A stretch of DNA of 63,822 nt, the filler included, from Saprolegnia diclina VS20 (Eukaryota), in the NCBI RefSeq assembly GCF_000281045.1. It is 4 parts of 2 records of this genome, joined end to end, with 100 filler letters (N's around TTAATTAATTAA, not from the genome) between each part and the next. Parts side by side here need not be neighbours in the genome. Positions count along the whole stretch, not along the records: positions 1 to 18,309 come from NW_008246121.1; positions 18,410 to 38,219 come from NW_008246122.1; 2 more parts are not named here. One strand, written 5' to 3'. Shown here piece by piece: positions 12,303-22,150 of this stretch. Every line of letters starts with the position of its first letter. Within the stretch, counting starts at the first letter, position 1. The translations under genes were made by a program, and so were the position numbers. Below the pieces are notes generated by a model. The model had not been told where the DNA came from, did no database searches, and was given only the letters and a program-made list of their open reading frames with translations.

Positions 12303-13538
12303 ATGCTCCGCAGTGCGCTCGTCTTCCTCTTTGCCGCCTGCCACACGGTCGCCGCCATGGGCGTGGCGTACGACACGTACAACGCCAAGGACATCGACAA
12401 GCACTTTCGCTCGATCAAGACGCGCTTCTCGGCGGTCCGTACGTACCAGACGTACCTCTGGAACCCGACTCGGAATGCGATCGACGCGGCGAGTGACAAC
12501 AACTTGCCGATTTACGCTGGCATTTGGCTCCGCAATGGCATGGACTACAACGCCGAGGTGAACGCGGTCATTGACGGCTGCAAGCGCCACGGCGACATCG
12601 TCAAGGCCGTCTTTGTCGGCAACGAAGACATTAGCAACGGCTGGAACCAGTGGCAGGTGCGCGACAAGGTCAACGACGTGCGGGGTCGCCTCCGCGCCGC
12701 AGGCATCAACGTCCGCGTCGGCACGGTGCAGACCGACGGCGACTGGCTCAACAACCCCGACTTGGCCAACGCGTGCGATATCATGGGCGTCAACATCTAC
12801 GCCTTCTTTGGCGGGTCGCCCAACTCGTGGAACAACCCGATCTCGGATCTCGACGCGCGCTGGAACCAGATGACCAACAAGTTTGGCGGCAACAAGCTGC
12901 TCTTGACCGAGACCGGGTGGCCGTTTGGCGGCGGCAACAACGGCAACCACGTCTCCAACTGGGGCAACGCGGTCGACTACTTCAACAAGGTCAACGCGTG
13001 GTCGAGCTCCAAGGGCGGCGAGAACCCGATCTACTTCATGTACCACGACAACCCGAACAAGGGCGGGTACGAAGCGCAGTTTGGTGTCGCCAACGCCAAC
13101 GGCGACTACAAGTTTGACTTTTCGGCCACGACGCCCGGCAGCGGCGGTGGCAACGACGACAAGCCCAGCGGCCAGTTCCAGCTCATTACGAACCGCGGCA
13201 AGGCGCTCCGTGAATGGTACGGCGGTGTCGCGGCCAAGGACAACAACTGGGACGGCTTCACCAAGTGGACGTACGATGCCAACACGCAGCAGATCAAGAA
13301 CTACGGCGCCAACAAGTGCCTCGACGCGTACATGGACGGCAACAACGTCAAGGTGCACGTGTACGACTGCGACGGCAACAACTCGAACCAGAAATGGCGG
13401 CTCAGCGGCGCCAAGGTCATCCACGCGCGCTTCAACAACATCTGCCTCGACGCCGATGTCAACGACTCGAACGAAGCCGCTCAGGTCTGGTGGTGCGTCG
13501 ACAACAACACCAACCAGATCTTTAAGATTGGCTACTAA
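12303..13538 (+). CDS. Secreted GH17 + single ricin-B domain
   Basis: Signal peptide MLRSALVFLFAACHTVAA; VFVGNED; LLTETGWP; one ricin domain ending NQIFKIGY*. Confidence 0.9.
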   Translation: MLRSALVFLFAACHTVAAMGVAYDTYNAKDIDKHFRSIKTRFSAVRTYQTYLWNPTRNAIDAASDNNLPIYAGIWLRNGMDYNAEVNAVIDGCKRHGDIVKAVFVGNEDISNGWNQWQVRDKVNDVRGRLRAAGINVRVGTVQTDGDWLNNPDLANACDIMGVNIYAFFGGSPNSWNNPISDLDARWNQMTNKFGGNKLLLTETGWPFGGGNNGNHVSNWGNAVDYFNKVNAWSSSKGGENPIYFMYHDNPNKGGYEAQFGVANANGDYKFDFSATTPGSGGGNDDKPSGQFQLITNRGKALREWYGGVAAKDNNWDGFTKWTYDANTQQIKNYGANKCLDAYMDGNNVKVHVYDCDGNNSNQKWRLSGAKVIHARFNNICLDADVNDSNEAAQVWWCVDNNTNQIFKIGY

Positions 13539-14043
13539 ATAGTGCCAAAGTGGCTATTGACACCAATTAGGACATTGATTTATTTTTGAAGTTCTCGCCT
13601 TCCTCTTGCCAAGCCCTAGTCGATGCCTGAGTCGATGCGATAGCACCAGGTACGGTATGTAAGCTGCTGGTGCCTGGGTTGAAATCAGAGGGCACCGGGC
13701 CAGCTGTGGCCGTGTTGACGAACTCGACCACTGTGCGATGACGAGTTTAGCCAGCTTTATTTTTGTGCTAAACCTATTTGTTGAGTCTGGAGCTGCTGGG
13801 ATCCCGTCGATGGAAGCGGCAGGCTAGTACAAACCTTGCTTCGTCGGTGTACGTCTGTCCTGTGCATGCTGCCCGAGGAGCCCGCCAGACGTACTACGCT
13901 ACACTGTACTGGTAACGTTAGGTCATTGACACGTAGCGCGAGCACGTCTACGGTCGAAAATCATTTCTTATTTCTGCAACAATTCAACCTCGACGGACTT
14001 AAAAGGCGACGGAAGCTCCCTCTTCCTTGGGCTCTGCGCCATT

Positions 14044-14139
14044 TGGGAAAATGACAAAACTGGGTGTAATATTGGAATGTTCGTCAAAACTGGATCCCAA
14101 ATGTCAAATCAGGGGGCACGAAGGGTCCCTCACTTATGA
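14044..14139 (+). repeat. Second copy of the MULE terminal sequence (direct repeat of 14559-14654), abutting an N gap
   Basis: TGGGAAAATGACAAAACTGGGTGTAATATTGG...GGGTCCCTCACTTATGA occurs twice with only a few mismatches. Confidence 0.85.
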
Positions 14140-14791
14140 NNNNNNNNNNNNNNNNNNNNNNNNNNNNNNNNNNNNNNNNNNNNNNNNNNNNNNNNNNNNN
14201 NNNNNNNNNNNNNNNNNNNNNNNNNNNNNNNNNNNNNNNGTGCACTGCCTTCGCCAATGTTTTTAGGCCTTTTTATTTTTATTTAAGTAAGGGGCTGATC
14301 AATACATTTTTCATGTTATTCCGTCCTGAATTGATTTATATTACGCTAGGACGTTTTAGCAGTTCGGCGATACGTATCCGGACGAATTAGCGGTCCTCCT
14401 CCAAACGAATTATTCGTCCGGCAGCATCCGGTAGAAAACAACGTCAACGAATTAGACCCCATTTCGGGGCGACAAAAATGCTGATTATCACAATAGATGG
14501 TGGTGTCATAAACAGACCGATGGACTATACACCGACCTGTCAAGACCCGTTAGACTCGTGGGAAAATGACAAAACTGGGTGTAATATTGGAATGTTCGTC
14601 AAAACTGGATCCCAAATGACAAATCTGGGTAGACGAAGGGTCCCTCACTTATGACACAGGGCTCACACCCTGTTTTGACGCAAGCAAAACAGGGTGTTTT
14701 ATACATGTATTATACTTATACAAAATCACAGATAAGAAGACAAAACGTTTTAAACATCCATGGCGAGTCGTGAAATAAAGGTGCAATGGCA

Positions 14792-15199
14792 CAGTGGCGC
14801 AGTGATGTTGTGGTGCAGAGTGGCGCAAAGTGGTGCAGAGTGGTGCAGAGTGGCGCAGAGTGGCGCAAAGTGGCGCAAAGTGGTGCAAGTGGTGCAAGTG
14901 GTGCAAGTGGTGCAGTGGTGCAGTGGTGCAGAGTGGTGCAGAGTGGTGCAGAGTGGCGCAGAGTGGCGCAAAGTGGCGCAAAGTGGTGCAAGTGGTGCAA
15001 GTGGTGCAGTGGTGCAGAGTGGTGCAGAGTGGTGCAGTGGTGCAGTAGTGCAGTTGTGCAGTGGTGCAGTGGTGCAGAGTGGTGCATAGTGGCGCAGTGG
15101 TGCAGAGTGGCGCAGTGGTGCAGAGTGGCGCAGTGGTGCAGTGGTGCAGAGTAGTGCAGTGGTGCAGAGTAGTGCAGTGGTGCAGAGTAGTGCAGTGGC
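14792..15199 (+). repeat. Minisatellite of 8-10 nt units (A)GTGGTGCA(G)/(A)GTGGCGCA(G/A)
   Basis: About 400 bp of directly visible tandem GTGGTGCA/GTGGCGCA variants inside the MULE subterminal region. Confidence 0.95.
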
Positions 15200-15309
15200 G
15201 GGGTCGTAAATGTCATGCGATGATGCCATAACGGTTTCACGATGATGCCATACTGTTTCATGGATAGAAAGACGTCGATATCGAACTGGAAAACGCAATC
15301 GTCTTAGGG

Positions 15310-16474
15310 TTAATGAAAATTAGGACAACTTCTCTTGTTGTGTCCCGCGACTCTACAATACGAGCAGCGTGTCAATCCAAGAGGACCATCTTCGCCACGG
15401 CTACGGAAGCGACGCATCTTGGGGCGTCCGCTGCGAACCGTTCGCGGCGGTGGCTTCACTGTGGCGCTGCGCGTGAGCTCGTCAAGCACGGGAACATCGA
15501 TGCCACCAATACCGTCCCGGATCTTGTTGATGTGCTCGACCATGAAGAATGGTAGGCAAACTTCGTACAAGGCGTCCATCTTATCCAGATGCATCAGTGC
15601 ACGAATGTAGTGCCGACATGGCACTGCCATTTGGAACATGTCCCTGTTCTCACCTTGGGGATTGGTGTGGTGACTCAAGCTTGGCTAATTCAAGAGTGGT
15701 GTATTGGTAGCGTAGAATGCACCTTAAACATCGATAGAACACTAGTTTTGTAGAAGGATCGCGCGAAGAGGTGCGTCGAAGGGTCGTGGGTTGCGCAATG
15801 CAGGTCGAAGGGTCGAAAACCCAGAACAGTCCCCGCAAGTGCACGTACGAGCAGCCATGTCCACACGCCGCTTGGACGCCGCCGATGCCCCTGCCGCCTT
15901 GACGTAGACGATGGTGCTCGAGCTCTGAAGGACTTTGTAACGAGGGGCTTGGTCCGCCTGAACTTGTATGAGGCTCGATGCGTAGGGCGTCACAGCCCGC
16001 TTATCGCGACTCCACTTGGCGGCCAACATTCTGTGCGTGTAGGCCGTTGTCATCATGTCGTCCATTTGGCTGACAAAAAAGTTGAATGGGTCCTGATTTC
16101 GGGCGGGTAGAGCCTCGCTGTTGTAGGACTCGACAAAGTTGGAGGTGCGCCACCCGTGCAGCGCCATCGTGTGCAGATGAGGATGCAGAGCCCAGACTGT
16201 CGGGTCGATGGCCTCGAAGTAGTCGGCGGCTTTGGACGAAGACAAGCGCAGAATGCCGAGTGTGCTGCGGTAGCCGGACTCCGTCATGCTAGCTTGCGCT
16301 TCTCACACGAGACCTTCGAGACTAGCGTTGAAGCCGCAGCCGCAGTGCCTCTTGGCGTTGATGATGATGCCCCGTATCGATGACGGCCCGCTTGTTCTCA
16401 AAAAATGCGTGGTTTTTGATGGCCCGGACCGCGTGCTTGCGCGTGAGGGAGTAGTCTTGGAGCGATAAAGGCAT
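15310..16474 (-). pseudogene. MULE transposase remnant (SWIM finger + CCHC knuckle), disrupted
   Basis: TSNFVESYN, RRVDMAARTCTCG/DMFQMAVPCRH (SWIM), GRPKMRR and CSYCRVAGHNKRSC. A short N-terminus (MPLSLQDY...) is joined to the C-half with the DDE core missing, plus an in-frame TGA and a solo-LTR insertion. Confidence 0.85.
15645..15828. mobile_element. Solo LTR-like insertion (184 bp) with 5-bp target-site duplication
   Basis: Ends TGTTCT...AGAACA, flanked by GTCCC at 15640-15644 and 15829-15833. Removing it restores RTCTCGDMFQMAVPCRHY in frame. Confidence 0.85.
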
Positions 16475-17074
16475 GGTTGATGGCGGTGGTGCCAGTAGAG
16501 CTCAAATCGCATAATGCCAGATTTGTCCAAAATGCGCAAAATTAACCCAGTTTTGTCATTTGACATAATTTTATTTGTGGACGTGTCTCAGTAATGCTCT
16601 GCATTCGGAGCTTGTATGCTACGAGGCTTGTTCGTGGGCTGTCTACTTCTTTTCACAAAAATAATTGATGTTTGTGTGGAAAATTGTGAAAGGGTCTTGC
16701 TTTGATTGGACCACACATTGGGTAACTTTCCTACCGCCTTAAGTGTTGTAAATGGCTAGTTTTTCAAATTAAATACTGTGCGTGCCGCGTTAAGTTTATC
16801 GTCCAACGGTCGTGTCGAGAGAGTAATGGGTTGGCTCAGAAGCACATCATAGGGGTAGGGTTGATCCTACCCAACACACACACTGGATATCAGTGATGAT
16901 GGGTGACTGAGGATCTCGCTGCATTTTTCTAGCGCAACGCGTAAAAACATGCCCAGGTTAGCACGTATATAGGTAGTGTCATTACGCCTGAGATAGAAAA
17001 GTGTATTAGTACCACATGTAGTAGCACGTTATCTGATATAGTATCCAACAATTAGACGACGAAAATTTTGAGCG

Positions 17075-18309
17075 TTGTATGCTGTGCATAGTTATTTTCC
17101 AAGTTTTTCTCGAGGTCCCCAAGCTCATGCCCCCCGCAAGCCTCGCGGCCGCAAATGGTGCCGCCCGTTCAAGGAAAACGGTATTCAAGTGTTTGCCAAC
17201 GTTGACGAGCTCAAAGCGCGCATCGCTTGGTTTAGTAACAGCTGCGGCGTGCAGTTCATCTTCAAGGGCAAGTTCCAAGGTGGCTCCGGCTACCGACTCG
17301 TATGCAACCAGTACAGGAGGGCATGCGATGCCGGTGTCTCCATCAAGGAGGCGCATGAAGGCTTGGTCATCTATTCTGGTCGCCCAGGCCACAGCCACGC
17401 CCCGAAGGCTTTGCTCTCGCACGACGACGACGACGACGACGACGACAACGACTGCTTTTAATGTGTTTAGGTACGACAACCGAGCCGGAAAATGCAGCAA
17501 GGAAGAGAGCAAGAACACAGTACGACGTCACCACGACCACGAAGGGCATCGTCCGTATTGGTACGCTCTGTTCTGGATTTGTAATGGTATCTTACGGCTT
17601 TTTCTTGGATAGGTGCCGTTGAAATAACAGACAACGTTCTGGAATCCCTCGTCGGTGACGAGCGCCTGAAGGATGAGGTCATTGCCTCGTGATTACGCAG
17701 GAGGTTGTTTACTTTGTTTGTATGTAGCCATTAAACGCGTGGTTTGTACTTCTAATGAATTTCGCGTCGATGCTTCATGGTCCCTACGTCTTCCATTTTG
17801 TGTCGTCCGCGCAGTGGTCGTTGTACGAGGCGTTTACAAAGAAATCGAAGCACTACCTCGCAACCTGCACCTTTCCCACCAAGTGGTTTGACTTCGAGCT
17901 CGTCTTCATCCCGTACAACATACCCGAGTGTCATTGGTTCCTGATCGTCGTCGACTTGTCGGCCCGTGTCATCACATCATACGACTCGTTCGGTTTCGGC
18001 CGGGGCGAAGCTTGGCTCCCTTTTCTCATCAAGTTCATCGCAAATGAGGCAAGTCGCGCCAACGCAAGTACCGAGGGCTGGTTCGGAGACGATCTTCAGA
18101 ACAAGCTCGGGTGGCAGTGGCGTGTCAACCATGTCCGATTGCACCAGCGCAACAACTTTGACAGCGGTGTGTACACGGCTGCTGCCGCCGAGCTGCTTGT
18201 CCACAGTGACGACGATCGTCTGCTTGCTTTGAGCGATAGCGCGATGCCAAGTTGGCGGCTTCGAATGCTTGATCGGTTGAAACAAGGCCACAATGACAGT
18301 CATAGCACT
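17075..18309 (+). CDS. FAR1/WRKY-GCM1-like zinc domain + Ulp1 (peptidase C48) SUMO-protease-like domain, catalytic Cys>Ser; multi-exon, 3' end truncated
   Basis: FANVDEL...YRLVC...ACDA...GHSH. Spliced EITDNVLESL..ERLKDE/PLNAWF; VFIPYNIPECHWFLIVVD...SYDSF...HQRNNFDSGVY. Start codon uncertain. Confidence 0.7.
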
Positions 18310-18409
18310 NNNNNNNNNNNNNNNNNNNNNNNNNNNNNNNNNNNNNNNNNNNNTTAATTAATTAANNNNNNNNNNNNNNNNNNNNNNNNNNNNNNNNNNN
18401 NNNNNNNNN
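18310..18409. other. Artificial 100-nt scaffold linker (N44-TTAATTAATTAA-N44)
   Basis: TTAATTAATTAA at 18354-18365 inside Ns gives stops in all six frames; identical linkers at 38220-38319 and 54283-54382. Confidence 0.95.
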
Positions 18410-19773
18410 GACTGCCGCGAACCCATCGTCGCGGATTGGCTGAAAACACTTTTAAATTGCACCAATTAAACCAATTAGATATTCTATTATATTACATAGT
18501 GGTTTCGTGTTGTAGGTCTCTTTTTATACTTGACCAATATCAAGTCCAAGCTGGGCACGTTGTTGGCGCCTCCGTTTTGTTAGTTCAGCTCCGGCCACGA
18601 GAAAGCATGCAAAGACCACATCAATACTGCATCACCTGCTGCAAATATGCGTGGTACTATATATCTACATTTGAAATTAGTTTACGAAGGCTGCTGACGC
18701 AGGCAATCCATGCAGTGTGCTCTTCAGACGCGAGATGGGACGAGCGGCGAGGCCAAGACGGAAGCGCTGCGGGCGTTCTGACGAGCTCCAACGACAACTA
18801 CAAACTTGGTGCAACGGGTATTGAACTGGCGACATGGAGAGGATATCCATGAGCGAACCGCGCCTGCTTCCAGACAACGACCCAGCAAAAGGCGGCTCAG
18901 GTATCGTTTGGCCGCTTCCTACCGTCGACCGCGTCAGCGCCATCGACTCTATATTTCGCTACTACGTGCTCGCTGTCTGCCTGTGCAGCGTATGCGCCGG
19001 CCTCTTGCGTTGCGTTGGCTCATGCATGCTGGTGTATAATGGCATATGCTCGTCGTCGCTGATCATCCTCGCGCCAGCTTGTCAGCGCGCAAGGTGGCTG
19101 TGAATTCAAGGCGCACCACTGCAACGCCACTCAGACACGGGGTGGCCTGCACGCGCCGACGACGATAGCGAAGACACTTGCCGCGCTCGCCTCGTACGTT
19201 GGCTCGGGCGTGGCCCAGACGGAGACCGCAGTCCACGCCAACGCCAACGTAGATGTCTCGCCGCTGGACAGTGCGCTGACGTGGATCGTGGATACTCTAG
19301 TACGCCGCAGCTGCGGCGCTTGTGTCGTGCCATTGAGGGTCGAGCCAGGCAGCTTCGCCTGAGTGCGATATTCGGATATCCGGTTAATTGTACTAATAAA
19401 GCTGTACACCGGAGTACAGATTTTGCTTGATTTTCGGTGGATTGTACCAGTATATTTAAGTCTGTACCCCGGTGTACATATTTGGCAAGAGCGATATCTC
19501 GTGCTGTAGACCTCGCACGATGACGGGACGTAGCGTTCCAAACTCTCCAAAGCGTCTTCTATCAATGTGCCAAGTTGCAGCGAGTTGGATTTTGAACGCG
19601 ATTTTGTCGATCGCAAGTCCTGCAGCGGCGACTGCCGCGAACCCATCGTCGTGGATTGGCCCAAAAAGAACCTAAATTACACCAATAAAACCAATTAGAT
19701 ATTCTATTATATTACATGGTGATTTCGTATTAAAGCCTTATCATTTTTAAACAAACCAGTATCAAGTCGAAGC
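18410..19773 (+). repeat. ~140-bp diverged direct repeat pair (18410-18552 and 19630-19773), CCAAT-rich
   Basis: GACTGCCGCGAACCCATCGTCG.GGATTGGC...CCAAT.AAACCAATTAGATATTCTATTATATTACAT...TATCAAGTC.AAGC appears in both copies. Confidence 0.85.
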
Positions 19774-20304
19774 CCATCACACCTAGATCCGCGTTGAGCC
19801 TCAGTTTGGTCAGGCGCAATAAGACTTTGATTCCCTTGGCCAGGCGCCAGCTCCGAGCACTTGGAATCACGCAGCGACAACCTCCTCTATCGTTCTACTC
19901 GTATATGCTGCGAGACCGTGCTGGGCAAATCAAACAACTCGTACGATTGAGAGTCGCAACTCGGGCCTCAAGTGAGTGAGGACAGAGTCGAAGGGATCAG
20001 TCCTACGGTCCCTAGACATTTCCACCAGCTTCAAATTCTGTCCTCACTCGGGGCCACCGTCGCTTCTACGAGCCATGTACACTGTACTGTCGTACTTTGG
20101 TTGCGCGCCGACGCAGGCGAGGTCGACTCGACAGGCGACCGCAATGGAGCGGGCTCATTCATCTCTACACCGTGCAATCCACATCGCTCTTTCTCTGCGA
20201 GGTACCATGGTCGATTCATGCAGGCAGTGGATGTCACGGAACGCAAATCCGAGATGCAAACGAGTGTTCTGCATGCATTACAGTGTATTGACGGCCGACG
20301 CTTC

Positions 20305-21767
20305 TTACATGGTGCGCTTGTAGATCTTGCTGAGGAGCATGTGGAAGACGGTCGCGGGCATGTTGTTGACGGCGCCGATGAGCTTGCAAAGCTCGTCGTA
20401 GCTCTCGTTTTCGTACTTGCGGTAGACGCCCTCGAGGTCGAGCGAGACGTAGAGCGCCTTGATGACGGCAATCGACGCCTCGTTGTTCTTGCCATAGTGC
20501 TCCTTGATGACTGCACGCTGCTCGGGCGTCGCGCGGGCCAGCGCTTGGACGACGAGCCAGCTGCACTTGTTGTCCTGGATGTCCGTACCAATCTAGCAAG
20601 AGCCCATGAGTTTTGAGATAAGAAGGGAATAGCTCACACACCTTGCCAAGGACTTCCGGGTCGGCGTAGCAGTCGAGGTAGTCGTCCTGGACCTGGAAAT
20701 ACTCGCCGATCTTGACGCAAATCTCCTGCGCAAGCGTGTAGCACGCCGGGTCCGAGACGCCGCTACGCATCCATCATGAGCGCTTCTTGCGTTGACATTG
20801 GGCGACGGCGTGTACCTCAGGAACATGGCCGATGCCGCCGAGAGGTAGAACGTGTAGTACGCCGTCTTGAAGACGACAATCTTCTGGTGACTACAAATCG
20901 TACGCTGCATGAGCAACATCCTTGGAAGCACGACGTCGCACCGTTCGATCGTGAAGCGGTCGAGGTTCGTCGGGCCGTCAAGCGGCTGCGACGTCAAGTC
21001 GAGAAGCTGGCCAAGTTCCGTCTGGAAGATGACCTACTCACGACATCAGAAAATGTTGCAAGACGATATGAGTGTACCTCCTGGAAGGTCTCGACGAGGT
21101 CGAGGTAGTAGCTCTCGCCGCGGAAGTGCGTCTTGAGGATTTGGTAGACAAACGACTCGAGCAAGAACGCGTCGTTGATGGCGATCTGCTTGACCTTGGG
21201 GATGCGGTACCAGCACGGCTGGCCACGGCGCGTGATCGAGTCGTCCATGACGTCGTCGGCGACGAGAAAGAACGCCTGGAGCTATCGAGCAGCATGCATG
21301 AGCATCACCGCTTCATAGTCACGCTAGTAGTGTACGGACCCATTCGATGCACCAGCCGAGGATCGCCGCCTTCTTGCGGGCCTCGGGCGTCAAGCCCTTG
21401 CCCTGCGTCAACGCTTCGGCACTATGCATGCGATGTCAACATCCTGTCCTCGATAAGGCCATGGTCGTACCAGTGGATGACGCTGATGCCACGGTTCAGC
21501 TTGCCGCCAATGCAGTTGTAGTCGATCATCTAACACAGTCGATCGCATCATGAGCGGCTGCCTCCTCGACTAGCATGCGTACCTCGTTGACCCAGTCGAT
21601 GGCCTCCTGGGGCATCGTGTACTTGGTCTTCATCGTCGTGAGGACCTCTTCCTTGAGCTCATAGCAGATCTTGATGAACTCTACGAGGAAGCGTCCATGA
21701 GCTCTCATCATCCTCGCCTCTTCCTCGCGCTACCGTCAATCTCTTGCTGCTTGCTGGTCGTCGTCAT
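20305..21767 (-). CDS. FPS: Farnesyl diphosphate synthase (multi-exon)
   Basis: [75 protein letters not shown] and C-terminal KIYKRTM*. Confidence 0.95.
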
Positions 21768-22150
21768 GGTCGTCTGCGTCCAAAGGGCTCAAAGTGGAAA
21801 TGCCTCTCGTCCGCCTGGCGCCCGCCACGCAACGTTCTGATTGGCTGAAAATGGCATTTGCAACGCTGGACCAATCAAATCGCCTTGCGCCAGAAGCGGA
21901 GCGGGCGACAGTCCACCTCCTCTTCGAGCGGCGCATGCACCTCAATGCAGTAGGATGCACAAGTTGTCTACTGCGACTCCAGTACTCCTGCGCCAGCCCT
22001 AGACGCCTACATGATCCTCGTGTGCGGCTTGGGCTGCCCGGGACACGGACGATCGAGGTATCGGGATGATGACGCCAAGGCCGCCACCCAGCGTCATATC
22101 AAGCATGCGATTCCTCTCGCTTCGTCCTCCTTCGTTAGCACAAGATACAT

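Larger units (their letters stand above)
14559..16564 (-). mobile_element. Internally deleted Mutator-like (MULE) DNA transposon
   Basis: Imperfect terminal inverted repeats: AAATGACAAAACTGGGT at ~14564 and its exact reverse complement ACCCAGTTTTGTCATTT at ~16545. They enclose a transposase remnant. No target-site duplication identified. Confidence 0.75.

Noticed and set aside
6585..13424. Long antisense ORFs over the GH17 genes (e.g. 7314-8216, 9103-10446, 12036-13424)
   Set aside because: Shadow frames caused by strong C/G third-position bias; no recognisable domains.
14792..15199. CRISPR array, telomere, or His/Cys-rich (metallothionein-like) ORFs in the repeat
   Set aside because: Units are 8-10 nt with no unique spacers, do not match the oomycete TTTAGGG telomere repeat, and open frames on both strands are a by-product of a stop-free repeat.
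16852..16895. Two short hairpins (GGGTAGG-GTTGAT-CCTACCC and CACTG-GATAT-CAGTG) with nearby TGATGA/CTGA as a snoRNA or Helitron end
   Set aside because: Stems are short, the C and D boxes are too close together, and there is no CTRR terminus at the expected distance.
18354..18365. TTAATTAATTAA as piggyBac target or regulatory palindrome
   Set aside because: Embedded in Ns and repeated identically three times, so it is an assembly linker.
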